A DNA stretch of 64,000 nucleotides, taken from positions 14,071-78,070 of the forward strand of contig CAYSYU010000020.1 in the NCBI GenBank assembly GCA_964435245.1, written 5' to 3'. How positions within the stretch are numbered: position 1 is the stretch's first letter; each line of letters starts with the position of its first letter. The notes under the pieces were generated by a model. The model did no database searches and was not told the DNA's origin. It saw nothing but the letters and a program-made list of their open reading frames with translations. The DNA is from an uncultured Methylomagnum sp. Lineage in GTDB: Bacteria; Pseudomonadota; Gammaproteobacteria; Methylococcales; Methylomonadaceae. A program made the translations under genes and the position numbers. This document shows positions 26,923 to 36,068 of this stretch, in pieces.

Positions 26923-29499
26923 CTATATATTTTGGATACTTACCGATCTTAATCCAGGCACTAGCGGCTTTGGGACTGCCAAACAGTGGCCTTGCGCGTA
27001 ATTCACGCCAATGGTTTTAAGCAGCCCGAAAATGGCCTCGCTCTCGACGAATTCGGCGATGGTTTCAATGCCCATCACATGGCCAATCCGGTGGATCGCT
27101 TCGACCATGGCAAAGTCGATGGGGTCGTTGGCCATATCTTTGACGAAACTGCCGTCGATTTTCAGGAAATCGACGGGCAGGGTCTTGAGGTAGGCGAATG
27201 AGGACAGGCCGCTACCGAAATCGTCCAGGGCAAAGCGACAACCGCGCGGTTTGAGCGCCGAGAAAAAGCGCTGGGCATGGATAAGGTTGCCGATTGCGGC
27301 AGTTTCCGTAATTTCGAAGCAGATTCGTTCCATTTGGATCGTTTTGCTGACAATTTGTTGTTCGACGAATTCTAAAAAACGCGGGTCGCTCAACGATTGT
27401 CCCGAAAGGTTGATTGCGAGGCCAATGGTTGCCGGCACAATGGCCGGATCACCCAATGCCTCGAACGCATGTTGGACAACCCAGCGGTCAATGGCCTGCA
27501 TCTGGTTATAACGTTCGGCTACTGGAATGAATACCGAAGGCAACATCAAGTCGCCATTCCGGTTGAGCATGCGCAGCAGGACTTCGTAATGCACACCATC
27601 CTTGCTATCCATCGGAATGATAGGCTGAAAGTACAGGGTGAAATTGTTCTCAGCCAAAGCTTCCTGGATTCTCGGTATCCATTGCATCTCGCCATGGCGC
27701 TGGGCGAGCTCAAGGTCACCTGTCTGATAGACATGGACCCGGTTGCGGCCTAACTCCTTCGCTGCGTAACAAGCGCTATCTGCAGTCTGGAATACGCTGG
27801 CAAGCGTATCGATCCCTGGTTTTATGGGCACTAGGCCGATACTGACACCTATCCGAAAGCTCCGGTCTTCCCAAAAGAAACAAAAATTTTGAATGGCTAA
27901 ACGCATTTGATGGGCAATGCCCAATGCCTGATCGCGCGGACACTGCTCTAGCAGGACCCCAAACTCATCTCCGCCGAGACGGGCGAGTGTATCCCGTTTT
28001 CGGACTTCTCGGGCGAGTATCGAACTGACTTGGCGCAGTAATTCGTCCCCGGCCACATGCCCGCAAGTGTCATTGACGATTTTGAATTGATCCAGGTCGA
28101 GGTACAGTAATGCGTGGGATTCTTCCATCTTGGCAGTGCTAAGCACACGTTCCAACCGACGTTCGAATTCCCTTCGGTTGATCAGCCCGGTCATGGAATC
28201 GTGGGAAGCCTGATAGCTTAATTGGAGTGTGATCCGGTGGATTTCGGTAACGTCCCGGCAAATCAATACAACACCTATCACTGTCCCGTCACGGTCATGG
28301 ATTGGCGCCGCTGAAATATCCAAGGAGCGTTCCTGCTCGTGGTCGTCGACCAATATGATGTTGCTGCCTAACTTGACAAGTTGCCTCTCCATGAGGCATT
28401 GCTGTACAGGGTCGCGTGCCGGTTGGCGCGAATTATCTTCGTACAGATGGAAGATTTCAGGCAAGGTACGGCCGATTACCAAATTTTGAGGTTTGCCGAT
28501 GAGGCTTTCAGCGACCGGGTTCAGGTAATCGATGCGTCCGCTAACATCAGTGGTAATCACTGCGTCGCCTATGGATGCCAAAGTAACCTGAATACGTTCT
28601 TTTTCATTAAAAAGCGCACGTTCAACCCGACTCCGCCCCGCAATTTCGTTTTGCAGCTCGGAGACAGTTCGGGCCAATATCGCAGTCCTGTCCCGCACCC
28701 GGAATTCCAAGTCCTTGTGCGTTTCCGAAACCTGGGTGGCCATGTGGTCAAAGGCGTATCCGAGTTTGGCAACTTCATCGTTGCCGTGAAGGTTAGCCCG
28801 TACCTCGAAATCCCCGTTGGCGAACCTATCAGTGGCATTTACCAATTGGCCAAGACGCCGGGTAAGGAAGAAGTGGACAAAAATCCCAATGATAATAGCC
28901 AGAAGGATAAGCAGGCTGACCATCTCCACAGTGTTCTCCCCGACAGTCCGGCGGGCACGGGCCAAATCACGGTACAGGTCCTTTTGGACGATTAACACGC
29001 CGATTCGGTCGGTTTCAACCTTCCTGTCAGGATCGGCCAGCGTTACAGGGTATACACCCAACAAGTATCGGCCTTCTCCCATCAGGAGCACTTCCCCGCC
29101 CCGTTGTTCCCGAACCCGTTCTACAATAATTTGCATAGGTTCGCTTAACCAAGGCTTCCAATCCGACCCTGCCGTTTGGTATAGCCCTTGACCGATCCAT
29201 TCCTTGTTGGTGGCATTCATGACCTTTGCAGAATCATCCGCAAGGGCTGCAAATTGGCGATTTGTTTCCCCGCCAAGAAAGGCCAGTTCCTCCTCGACGC
29301 GTTTGCTATTGCCTTGGCCCAAAGTCTGGTTGAACGAATTTTGCAGTTCAACCATGCGGTTCATCATATGGGCGGTTGCTTCGCCCCGCACTACCGCCTC
29401 TGCGGAATCCCAATCCCGATGTACCGTATAGGCCGCCAGTCCGGCTGTGAACAGGACGATAAGTAGTGGAATCCCATAACGGATGGATATGACAGGCAT
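26923..29499 (-). CDS. membrane sensor diguanylate cyclase/phosphodiesterase (periplasmic domain-HAMP-PAS-GGDEF-EAL)
   Basis: 858 aa with two TMs flanking a ~170-aa periplasmic domain, then HAMP and PAS. The GGDEF motif is intact and has an RxxD I-site 5 residues upstream (RKRDTLARLGGDEF). The EAL domain shows EVLLR, EITE, DDFGSG and QG. Confidence 0.93.
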   Translation of the reverse strand: MPVISIRYGIPLLIVLFTAGLAAYTVHRDWDSAEAVVRGEATAHMMNRMVELQNSFNQTLGQGNSKRVEEELAFLGGETNRQFAALADDSAKVMNATNKEWIGQGLYQTAGSDWKPWLSEPMQIIVERVREQRGGEVLLMGEGRYLLGVYPVTLADPDRKVETDRIGVLIVQKDLYRDLARARRTVGENTVEMVSLLILLAIIIGIFVHFFLTRRLGQLVNATDRFANGDFEVRANLHGNDEVAKLGYAFDHMATQVSETHKDLEFRVRDRTAILARTVSELQNEIAGRSRVERALFNEKERIQVTLASIGDAVITTDVSGRIDYLNPVAESLIGKPQNLVIGRTLPEIFHLYEDNSRQPARDPVQQCLMERQLVKLGSNIILVDDHEQERSLDISAAPIHDRDGTVIGVVLICRDVTEIHRITLQLSYQASHDSMTGLINRREFERRLERVLSTAKMEESHALLYLDLDQFKIVNDTCGHVAGDELLRQVSSILAREVRKRDTLARLGGDEFGVLLEQCPRDQALGIAHQMRLAIQNFCFFWEDRSFRIGVSIGLVPIKPGIDTLASVFQTADSACYAAKELGRNRVHVYQTGDLELAQRHGEMQWIPRIQEALAENNFTLYFQPIIPMDSKDGVHYEVLLRMLNRNGDLMLPSVFIPVAERYNQMQAIDRWVVQHAFEALGDPAIVPATIGLAINLSGQSLSDPRFLEFVEQQIVSKTIQMERICFEITETAAIGNLIHAQRFFSALKPRGCRFALDDFGSGLSSFAYLKTLPVDFLKIDGSFVKDMANDPIDFAMVEAIHRIGHVMGIETIAEFVESEAIFGLLKTIGVNYAQGHCLAVPKPLVPGLRSVSIQNI

Positions 29500-29535
29500 G
29501 GAAATTACAGCAATAATCCCTTGGTATAGAGAATT

Positions 29536-30339
29536 TTATTTTTTATAGCATTTTCTGGTGCCATTAAGAACCAAACAGTAGTAAGAGTCCCGGTTTCTAC
29601 CAAGTTGAACCTCCATTGGAAGAAATAAAAGAGTCCCGTCCACATCCGGGTTTTCGGGTGTGGGTGCTTTTGTACAAGCACCAGGCGTACCAGGTGGTAT
29701 GTTAGGGTCGCATTCAGTAAACTGTTCTTGGCCTGGCTGCGGGGCGCAGGCGCAAGTTTTTACTTGCCAATTTGACTCGTCATTCGGTTCATCGAAGGTA
29801 GTAATAATCCTCGCTTGTACCCCAGAAGGTAAGGAACATTCAGAAACTTCACATGAAGGTAATTTGGCCGAAAGAGGTTGGGATAGCCCGTAACAGAAGG
29901 AAACCCCTACGATGCTGGCTTGAGTGGTTACACCTATATCTTGGTATTCCCCAGGCTCGACATAATAAGCAGCATTGCCGCCATTATTTCCTGCCAGCTT
30001 GAGAATAATGAAATTCGCCCGTTTTGCAGTGGTAGGAGTATTGTTGGGGTCGGGGCTTACGACTTTCCATTCGATCCGATTATTAGTTATATTATTGATG
30101 CTGGTAAGTTTGTATTTAAATATTTGCCCATCTGAACTACCTGTCGCTTGATCAAACCCGTCGCCCCCTACCGAGTATGACGTATCCCTAGCCTCAAGGA
30201 TTGAATTGGTGGAAAGCGAATTGCAACGAGTATTGCTTTCTACTTTTATCTGGATGACGCTGGTCGTGGCGTGGCATAAACCCGCTGTGATTAGCAGCAG
30301 AGTGGCGATTGTTAATCCCATAGGATAATGGATCTTCAT
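29536..30339 (-). CDS. Cys-rich secreted hypothetical protein
   Basis: Start set at the internal ATG 30339 (MKIHYPMGLTIATLLLITAGLCHA). The mature protein has about 10 Cys, a Pro-rich C-terminal part (CAPQPGQEQFTECDPNIPPGTPGACTKAPTPENP) and ends in CYKK. No family recognised. The stop of the upstream gene is only 12 nt from the 30378 ORF start. Confidence 0.55.
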   Translation of the reverse strand: MKIHYPMGLTIATLLLITAGLCHATTSVIQIKVESNTRCNSLSTNSILEARDTSYSVGGDGFDQATGSSDGQIFKYKLTSINNITNNRIEWKVVSPDPNNTPTTAKRANFIILKLAGNNGGNAAYYVEPGEYQDIGVTTQASIVGVSFCYGLSQPLSAKLPSCEVSECSLPSGVQARIITTFDEPNDESNWQVKTCACAPQPGQEQFTECDPNIPPGTPGACTKAPTPENPDVDGTLLFLPMEVQLGRNRDSYYCLVLNGTRKCYKK

Positions 30340-30390
30340 ATCAATACCTCTTAATTGTAGTAAGTTGAAAAACTTCATTATTGGGTTGCC

Positions 30391-33300
30391 CTAGAAGTTT
30401 AGTACCACTCTTCCCATAATGATACGGTCTGGGAAATAGGGGCCTGTAGAGGGTTCGTCCCTGAATTCTCGGTAACTGTCGTCTTGGTATCTAAAGTGGG
30501 TGTTAAACAGATTTTTAATCCCGACGCTGGCAAGCCCCCAACGCTTCGGAAACCGATATCCAATATCCGCATCCGTCAGAAAAAAATTGTCATTTCCTTG
30601 GCTTTGTATAGCTGTCGCGGCAAGGCGCAGCCTTTGATGGACGAAGGTGCCACCCAAGCGGCCAAACCACCCGCTGGGATCAAAATAACTGACCGATAAG
30701 GGTGTGGAAAACGTTTCAACAGCGATGGGTACGCTTCCATTTTCGGTTGCGGTACCCAATTGGCTCCGGTAAAGGTCGTAAGAAAACTCCGCTTTAAACG
30801 CCAGACGATCCATGGGTGTCCAGTATAAATAGATATTGTGAAGCGTTTCATTACGCTCTTCAAATTTGGCAAATTCAGGCAAATTTGGCTCGAAAACGGG
30901 TTGGGGCTCTTTAAGTTGACGCCAACTGATTTCGCCACCCAAGAAAAGGTCGCGAGTTAGATGCCAATCAAAACCACCGCCGTAACGGGTTGATATAGTG
31001 CCATTGATATCGTCAAACAATTGGTTAAAACCGGCAACTTGCGTGGGCTCGATAGTCCTGTTGTTGACCAAAACGGGTTTAAGTGTACGCAACCAAGCTG
31101 CCCGCAACCGTAAATTCCGTGTCGCCTCCCATTGCATACCGAATTTTGGATTGAAATTGGATTCTGATATTAAGTGTGCCGTGTAATTGTCGTAACTAAA
31201 CCCCAGCGTCCAGGTGACTGGCGACGGAAATTTGATTCTCGAATACAGGTAACCACGCGTACTTATGATTTCATCCTCAGCCGGATCTAAAACCACGCGT
31301 GGTGACGGCAAAGTGCTGTCGTTAAAGGTTATTTTGACATTATCGTTTTGCGCTACTTTACTATGGGCGAAACCTGCGACAGCATTAAGATATTTTCCTT
31401 CATAGAGGTATTGTCCCTCGAATTGGTCACTATTGCTTTGGCTTAGGCTAGTAGATGTAACCATTGTTGTTGAATCTAGCTGGGAGGTTCCGTTATCTCC
31501 TCGTTGGGTAAGGTCGCTGTGTATATAGGAAAAGAGGAAGTTGGAATCGATGGTGGGCGAATAGCGAAGCCCCAAGCGCATCATATCTTGGTTTCGGAGC
31601 ATTGACTTGTCAGCTACAAATGCAGCTGGATCGAAATTGAAAGCTAAATCGCCTTCTTTCGATTCTCGGTGGCGGAATTCGGCTTGGATATTGAATTCGG
31701 GGGTTATCGCCGCTTGGGCAAAAATATCATAGAGATGCTGGTTCAACCCATTGTTGTCCCGCCATCCGTCCGATTGATAATGCAGCCCACCAATGCCGAA
31801 TGAGAAACGGTTGTATAAAGCAGTCACGGAGCCTTCTCCGCCAAAGGTGTTTTTGTTGCCTCCGAAACCGTTAACGTCTAATTTCGCCGTATTACGTTCA
31901 TACAGTGGTGTAAATTCATTGAAACCAGGTGTCGCTGCCCCACCTTGTGTAAAGATATTGAGGTTGGTTTCGGCAAGGCTGGGCTGGATGGGGTTGACAT
32001 TCACCTCCTGGAGAAGTTGAGCCTGAAAGAGTTCGCTGACCCGTGCAATTTCTCGGCGGCGCATGCCTTGATAGGAATCGGAAAGGAATCGGTGAGCGGA
32101 TGCATTCGTTGGGTCGTCTTCCAGCGATGCACTAGCCTCGCGTTGTCCCAACAAAGAAAAGCCAAGATCCTTATAAACGCGGGCCAAACTGGTTCCCCTT
32201 GATGCGCGGTCTTGGTCAAGCAATAATCGGCTTCGGTAAACTGCCCGGTTGTCATTAAGCGCTTTCGATTTTTGCAAATCTCGTAATGCTTCAATTGGGC
32301 GGTTCTCAGACTGCTTGCGGATGCCATCGTACAGGTAAACGGTTGGGTCAAGCGGATCCAGCAACTTGGCAATGCCGTATTGGGCGGCATCGAGCGGCGC
32401 CCGTTTCTCGGTAAAATAGGCCTTGCCAAGGTAATTTCTCAGCAATGCGCTGTTGGAATCAAGGCCGACAGCAGCTTCAATTTCCCGGCGGCCTTCTGCG
32501 AGGCCGCCGCCGCTTATTTTCGCAAGGCCTAAACCTAAATGGGCCATCGGGTCGGCGGAAGCCAGCCTGATTGCCAAACCGAACGCAGAAGCCGCTTCTT
32601 CAGTGCGAAATTCGGCAAGGGCACAGAACCCCAGTACTATCTGCGCCCGCGCCGAACCTGGGGACAGGTTGGTTGCATGTTTGGCCGAGTCCAACGCTTT
32701 TCTTCTATCCCCCAGCATCAGTTGAAGTTCGCCCAGTCGCGCCCAGGCGAGCGGATCGCCTGGATATTCCGAAGTGGCCGCAAGCATTGTGCTTCGGGCG
32801 GCTTCGAGCTTGAAGTTAGCTTGTTGGGCGTATGATAAGGCGATTTTGACAGGAGATGTCGGGCTAAGGGTATCGGCATACACCGCATCTGCAAGTGCTT
32901 GTTCCCGCATGTTTTGTGTTGTTTCGATAATCGCCAGGAGGGCATAGGCGAGGCCAGTATACGGGTTTTGGCGTAGTGCTTGGGCAACATCGATCCTGGA
33001 TTCGTTGACACGTCCCACAGAGAGCAGCAGCGCGGCACGGTAGAGGAAAAAGTCGGCATCCCGGCCTGCTTGCGGCAATTGATCCAACATATTAAGGGCT
33101 TGTGTAACCTGGCCTTTCCCGGCCAGTTCCAAAGCCTTTTGCAATGGGTAAGGCGCTTCGTCTGGCAAGTTGTTGGTGCGGCCATCTAAAACCGCCAGGA
33201 CAGGTGGATAGTAAAGCGCCCACTGCACGGCATCCCTTGGCCGTACGACCGTTTGCAAGCGTAGTGTTGCACCAGCTTGTGATATAGCCTCCTTACCTGG

Positions 33301-33873
33301 ATCAACTGTGGCACTCCCATATTCATTCTCTACCTTAATGCGCCCTTCAAGCACAACGAGTCGGGATTGGTTCGGCTCAGCCTGGGCATAGAACTCGGTG
33401 CCTTCGATTAAGCCCTTGAGGAATGGCGCTTTTATCTTAACCCGCCAAGGCGCACGGCTGAAGGATTGGATCGTGCCCCTGCCTAAATCGAGCCAAGTCC
33501 ACTGCTCGCTGTCGTCGGAAACGTCGATAAATTGTAGTGTAGTGCTTTGGTCTAACCTCAGGACGGCATGGCTCACAAGTTGTATGGCGGCACGGCTGTG
33601 TTCCCCCACCCTAACCGTATCGGCTTCACAGAGAGGGTAGTCCAGGGTTACGGTATGCCAACCGCCGCCGCTTTCAGGCCGAACTTCGACTTTACCTTCG
33701 ATACTTGTAAACCGGCCTACAATATTTGGGCAGCGGTTGTCTGCATAGGCATTGGTAATCAGCAACAATACTAAGAAGAGTATTGAAGCACAATTAACCA
33801 AGGGAGATTTTCTCATCTTTGTGTACCAGCATGTATTTAGCGTATTGCTTTGACTGGAGTGTATCGAGGCCAC
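30391..33873 (-). CDS. large outer-membrane protein: FecR-like domain + TPR array + C-terminal beta-barrel
   Basis: 1160-aa ORF. GTG 33873 has AAGGGG 5 nt upstream; the alternative ATG 33816 starts directly at the signal peptide MRKSPLVNCASILFLVLLLITNAYA. The FecR-like segment is GKVEVRPESGGGWHTVTLDYPLCEADTVRVGEHSRAAIQL. Ala/Leu-rich TPR-like repeats span about aa 230-600. Alternating beta-strand sequence ends in an aromatic residue (...GRVVLNF), as is typical of OMP barrels. Confidence 0.6.
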   Translation of the reverse strand: MASIHSSQSNTLNTCWYTKMRKSPLVNCASILFLVLLLITNAYADNRCPNIVGRFTSIEGKVEVRPESGGGWHTVTLDYPLCEADTVRVGEHSRAAIQLVSHAVLRLDQSTTLQFIDVSDDSEQWTWLDLGRGTIQSFSRAPWRVKIKAPFLKGLIEGTEFYAQAEPNQSRLVVLEGRIKVENEYGSATVDPGKEAISQAGATLRLQTVVRPRDAVQWALYYPPVLAVLDGRTNNLPDEAPYPLQKALELAGKGQVTQALNMLDQLPQAGRDADFFLYRAALLLSVGRVNESRIDVAQALRQNPYTGLAYALLAIIETTQNMREQALADAVYADTLSPTSPVKIALSYAQQANFKLEAARSTMLAATSEYPGDPLAWARLGELQLMLGDRRKALDSAKHATNLSPGSARAQIVLGFCALAEFRTEEAASAFGLAIRLASADPMAHLGLGLAKISGGGLAEGRREIEAAVGLDSNSALLRNYLGKAYFTEKRAPLDAAQYGIAKLLDPLDPTVYLYDGIRKQSENRPIEALRDLQKSKALNDNRAVYRSRLLLDQDRASRGTSLARVYKDLGFSLLGQREASASLEDDPTNASAHRFLSDSYQGMRRREIARVSELFQAQLLQEVNVNPIQPSLAETNLNIFTQGGAATPGFNEFTPLYERNTAKLDVNGFGGNKNTFGGEGSVTALYNRFSFGIGGLHYQSDGWRDNNGLNQHLYDIFAQAAITPEFNIQAEFRHRESKEGDLAFNFDPAAFVADKSMLRNQDMMRLGLRYSPTIDSNFLFSYIHSDLTQRGDNGTSQLDSTTMVTSTSLSQSNSDQFEGQYLYEGKYLNAVAGFAHSKVAQNDNVKITFNDSTLPSPRVVLDPAEDEIISTRGYLYSRIKFPSPVTWTLGFSYDNYTAHLISESNFNPKFGMQWEATRNLRLRAAWLRTLKPVLVNNRTIEPTQVAGFNQLFDDINGTISTRYGGGFDWHLTRDLFLGGEISWRQLKEPQPVFEPNLPEFAKFEERNETLHNIYLYWTPMDRLAFKAEFSYDLYRSQLGTATENGSVPIAVETFSTPLSVSYFDPSGWFGRLGGTFVHQRLRLAATAIQSQGNDNFFLTDADIGYRFPKRWGLASVGIKNLFNTHFRYQDDSYREFRDEPSTGPYFPDRIIMGRVVLNF

Positions 33874-34769
33874 AATTGCCCCTTGTTTTATTTGTTAATA
33901 TTCGGAATATCTATTCTAGATAACAGGGATAGTTGCCCAGTATGTTTCTTTTTTCCATATGTACACTAGGGAGCGTAACTTAACAATTCATGTTTTCCAC
34001 TGCGGCTCATGCATCTGCATTGCGTGGAGCTGGCATTTTCAACTGGGTCGAAGGTAAATTTTGGCGTACGCAATGGCCGAGGCCACTTCCTTTGCCTTGG
34101 CAGGGAGAACCAAGCTGAAGTTATATGGGCATACATAATCCATGATGCCGAATAAAGGGGAAGTACTTGTTTTGAAACGGCTGTAAGTTGATTATCTCTA
34201 TGTTTATAATCATAAAAAATTAATTTTGATTTGCGTCATCATATAAGGCTACCTAAAATAGCCCCAGGACAATTCAATACTGTAATTCGTAGATTGCTAT
34301 AGGCTGATTATTGCCAACCCTAAAGCGGCTTGACATAATGGATATCGGACAAAAAATAATAGCCTGCCCAACCATCAGTAGCTATTACGACACTAGGCTC
34401 AGCTTTTCCTACTATAGTAGCTTAGCTTATAATCGGTTTAGTGCAACTTCCACATGCTTTTCCGCGCCGTTTCTAACCACTTAATTTAATCACCTTACCG
34501 GGATGGCCCGATGCCATATTTGACCCAGACAAAGTGTTTAAAATAGCTACGGCGTATTAATTTTATTAGAGCCTATAAAACCCGAACATTTCTCGCATCG
34601 CAACCACAAATTCAGATGAATTATTGGGTAATTTCAGGATGAACCGAACTCCAAGGTAACCCGAGTTATCCATATCCGTAGAGGGAAACCGAAGTTCAAA
34701 TAATGGGTAATTTGAAAAAATTTGACCGTTAATTTTATTAAGTCAACGGTAATGTGTGAAGTGGTAGGG

Positions 34770-35639
34770 TTATCGAATAATTACCGGCATCTCTGCTTTT
34801 CCCGAATAGTCGTATGGGATTGACCGGTAATAACTGCCTTCAACATAATCTAACCCGTATTGTCGGGCGAGCGAGTCGGCTTTTTTATCGTCGACCATTT
34901 GCAAGGTGATTTTGCTCTTGGCCGAAACAGCCACAGGAATGAAACCGTTTAAAATATCCTCGACGTCTTCGTCAAGATATTGGTTCAATGTCCTTGCGGA
35001 TATGAAAACAAAATTGGGCTGGGAAAGCCCGATCAAACTCAATAAATTTTTGTTACGCGGAATTTGATCGAATTTTAGGGCGATTTGGTAACCTTTCCGT
35101 CGATAATTTTCTAGCCCTGCGAGTAATTCCTGATAGTAGCGCGCATATTGGCTGTAGACTGTCAAAACGATAACCACCTTCTTCGTTTCAAGTCCGGCTT
35201 TCGCAATGAAGTCCTGAAAATAAACGCCATGGTCTTGTTTAATGCCTAGGATGTGGCGAGGATCCACTTCCAAAAACAAAAGTTGGTCAACGGACAGCAA
35301 AGCCAAATAATTCAAGACATGTACCGTTCGGGATAAGCGGTCAAAGGTGATGATGGATTCCAGGTTGGTATGGTATGTCGCCTGACCCGTCAATAAATCC
35401 GATATCTCGTTTTCATGCAAATAATGGTTGTTATTGGCGACGATTTCTATATTGGCTGTTTGGCCGACAATCTTGGTAGGCTTTGTGGTTTTCCGTATGG
35501 GAGAAAATGTGCTCCCTATGCTGATTGGCCCAAAAAGCCCGTTGACGCGGCCGTTTTTTAAAATAAACGGCCGAAAACTAAACTTATGTTCATGTTCAAA
35601 CGCATCGTTAAACACATCTACAAGATAGCCTAGCGACAT
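34770..35639 (-). CDS. degenerate EAL-like domain protein (probably non-catalytic)
   Basis: 289 aa. The order of EAL-domain landmarks is kept but the catalytic residues are replaced: LFLEVDP for the ExTE region, KGYQIALKFDQ for the DDFG region, FVFISARTL for the KxD region, and LDYVEGSYY for the QG region. Confidence 0.5.
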   Translation of the reverse strand: MSLGYLVDVFNDAFEHEHKFSFRPFILKNGRVNGLFGPISIGSTFSPIRKTTKPTKIVGQTANIEIVANNNHYLHENEISDLLTGQATYHTNLESIITFDRLSRTVHVLNYLALLSVDQLLFLEVDPRHILGIKQDHGVYFQDFIAKAGLETKKVVIVLTVYSQYARYYQELLAGLENYRRKGYQIALKFDQIPRNKNLLSLIGLSQPNFVFISARTLNQYLDEDVEDILNGFIPVAVSAKSKITLQMVDDKKADSLARQYGLDYVEGSYYRSIPYDYSGKAEMPVIIR

Positions 35640-35682
35640 AGCTTTACTCCTAATTCGTTGTTTGGTTGGGCAATGGCTAAAT

Positions 35683-35711
35683 AAAAAAACGGGCGGGTTA
35701 TAAACCCGCCC
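35683..35711 (-). terminator. strong Rho-independent terminator 44 nt upstream of the EAL-like gene and about 360 nt downstream of the desulfurase gene
   Basis: The minus strand reads GGGCGGGTTtatAACCCGCCC followed by GTTTTTTT. Confidence 0.75.
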
Positions 35712-36068
35712 AAAGTCATCCCTGGAGAGGTGGAAACTTTCAAGATCCTTGTTTGAAAGCGCGATGAGCCATTAACTTAACTGGGTTCCTTTGAGCAAAA
35801 TTGTAATGCGGTTCGTATTATTGATAAAACGATATAATTAGATGTATATATGACTTATAAAGATATAACTGAAACGGAAGCCATCAGCCAGGTTTGTAAC
35901 CCGTAAACTTTTAACGGACCGATAAGCGCAAGGGTGATGTCCTGAATGATTGCGCACTAGCCATCCGCAATCTATTTGCGTAGCCGGTAAGTGAAAGGAA
36001 GGCGGGTGACTATCGGTATAGTACGCGGCGTTTAACCCATTGCCATAGATGGATAAACGCCGGTTTAT

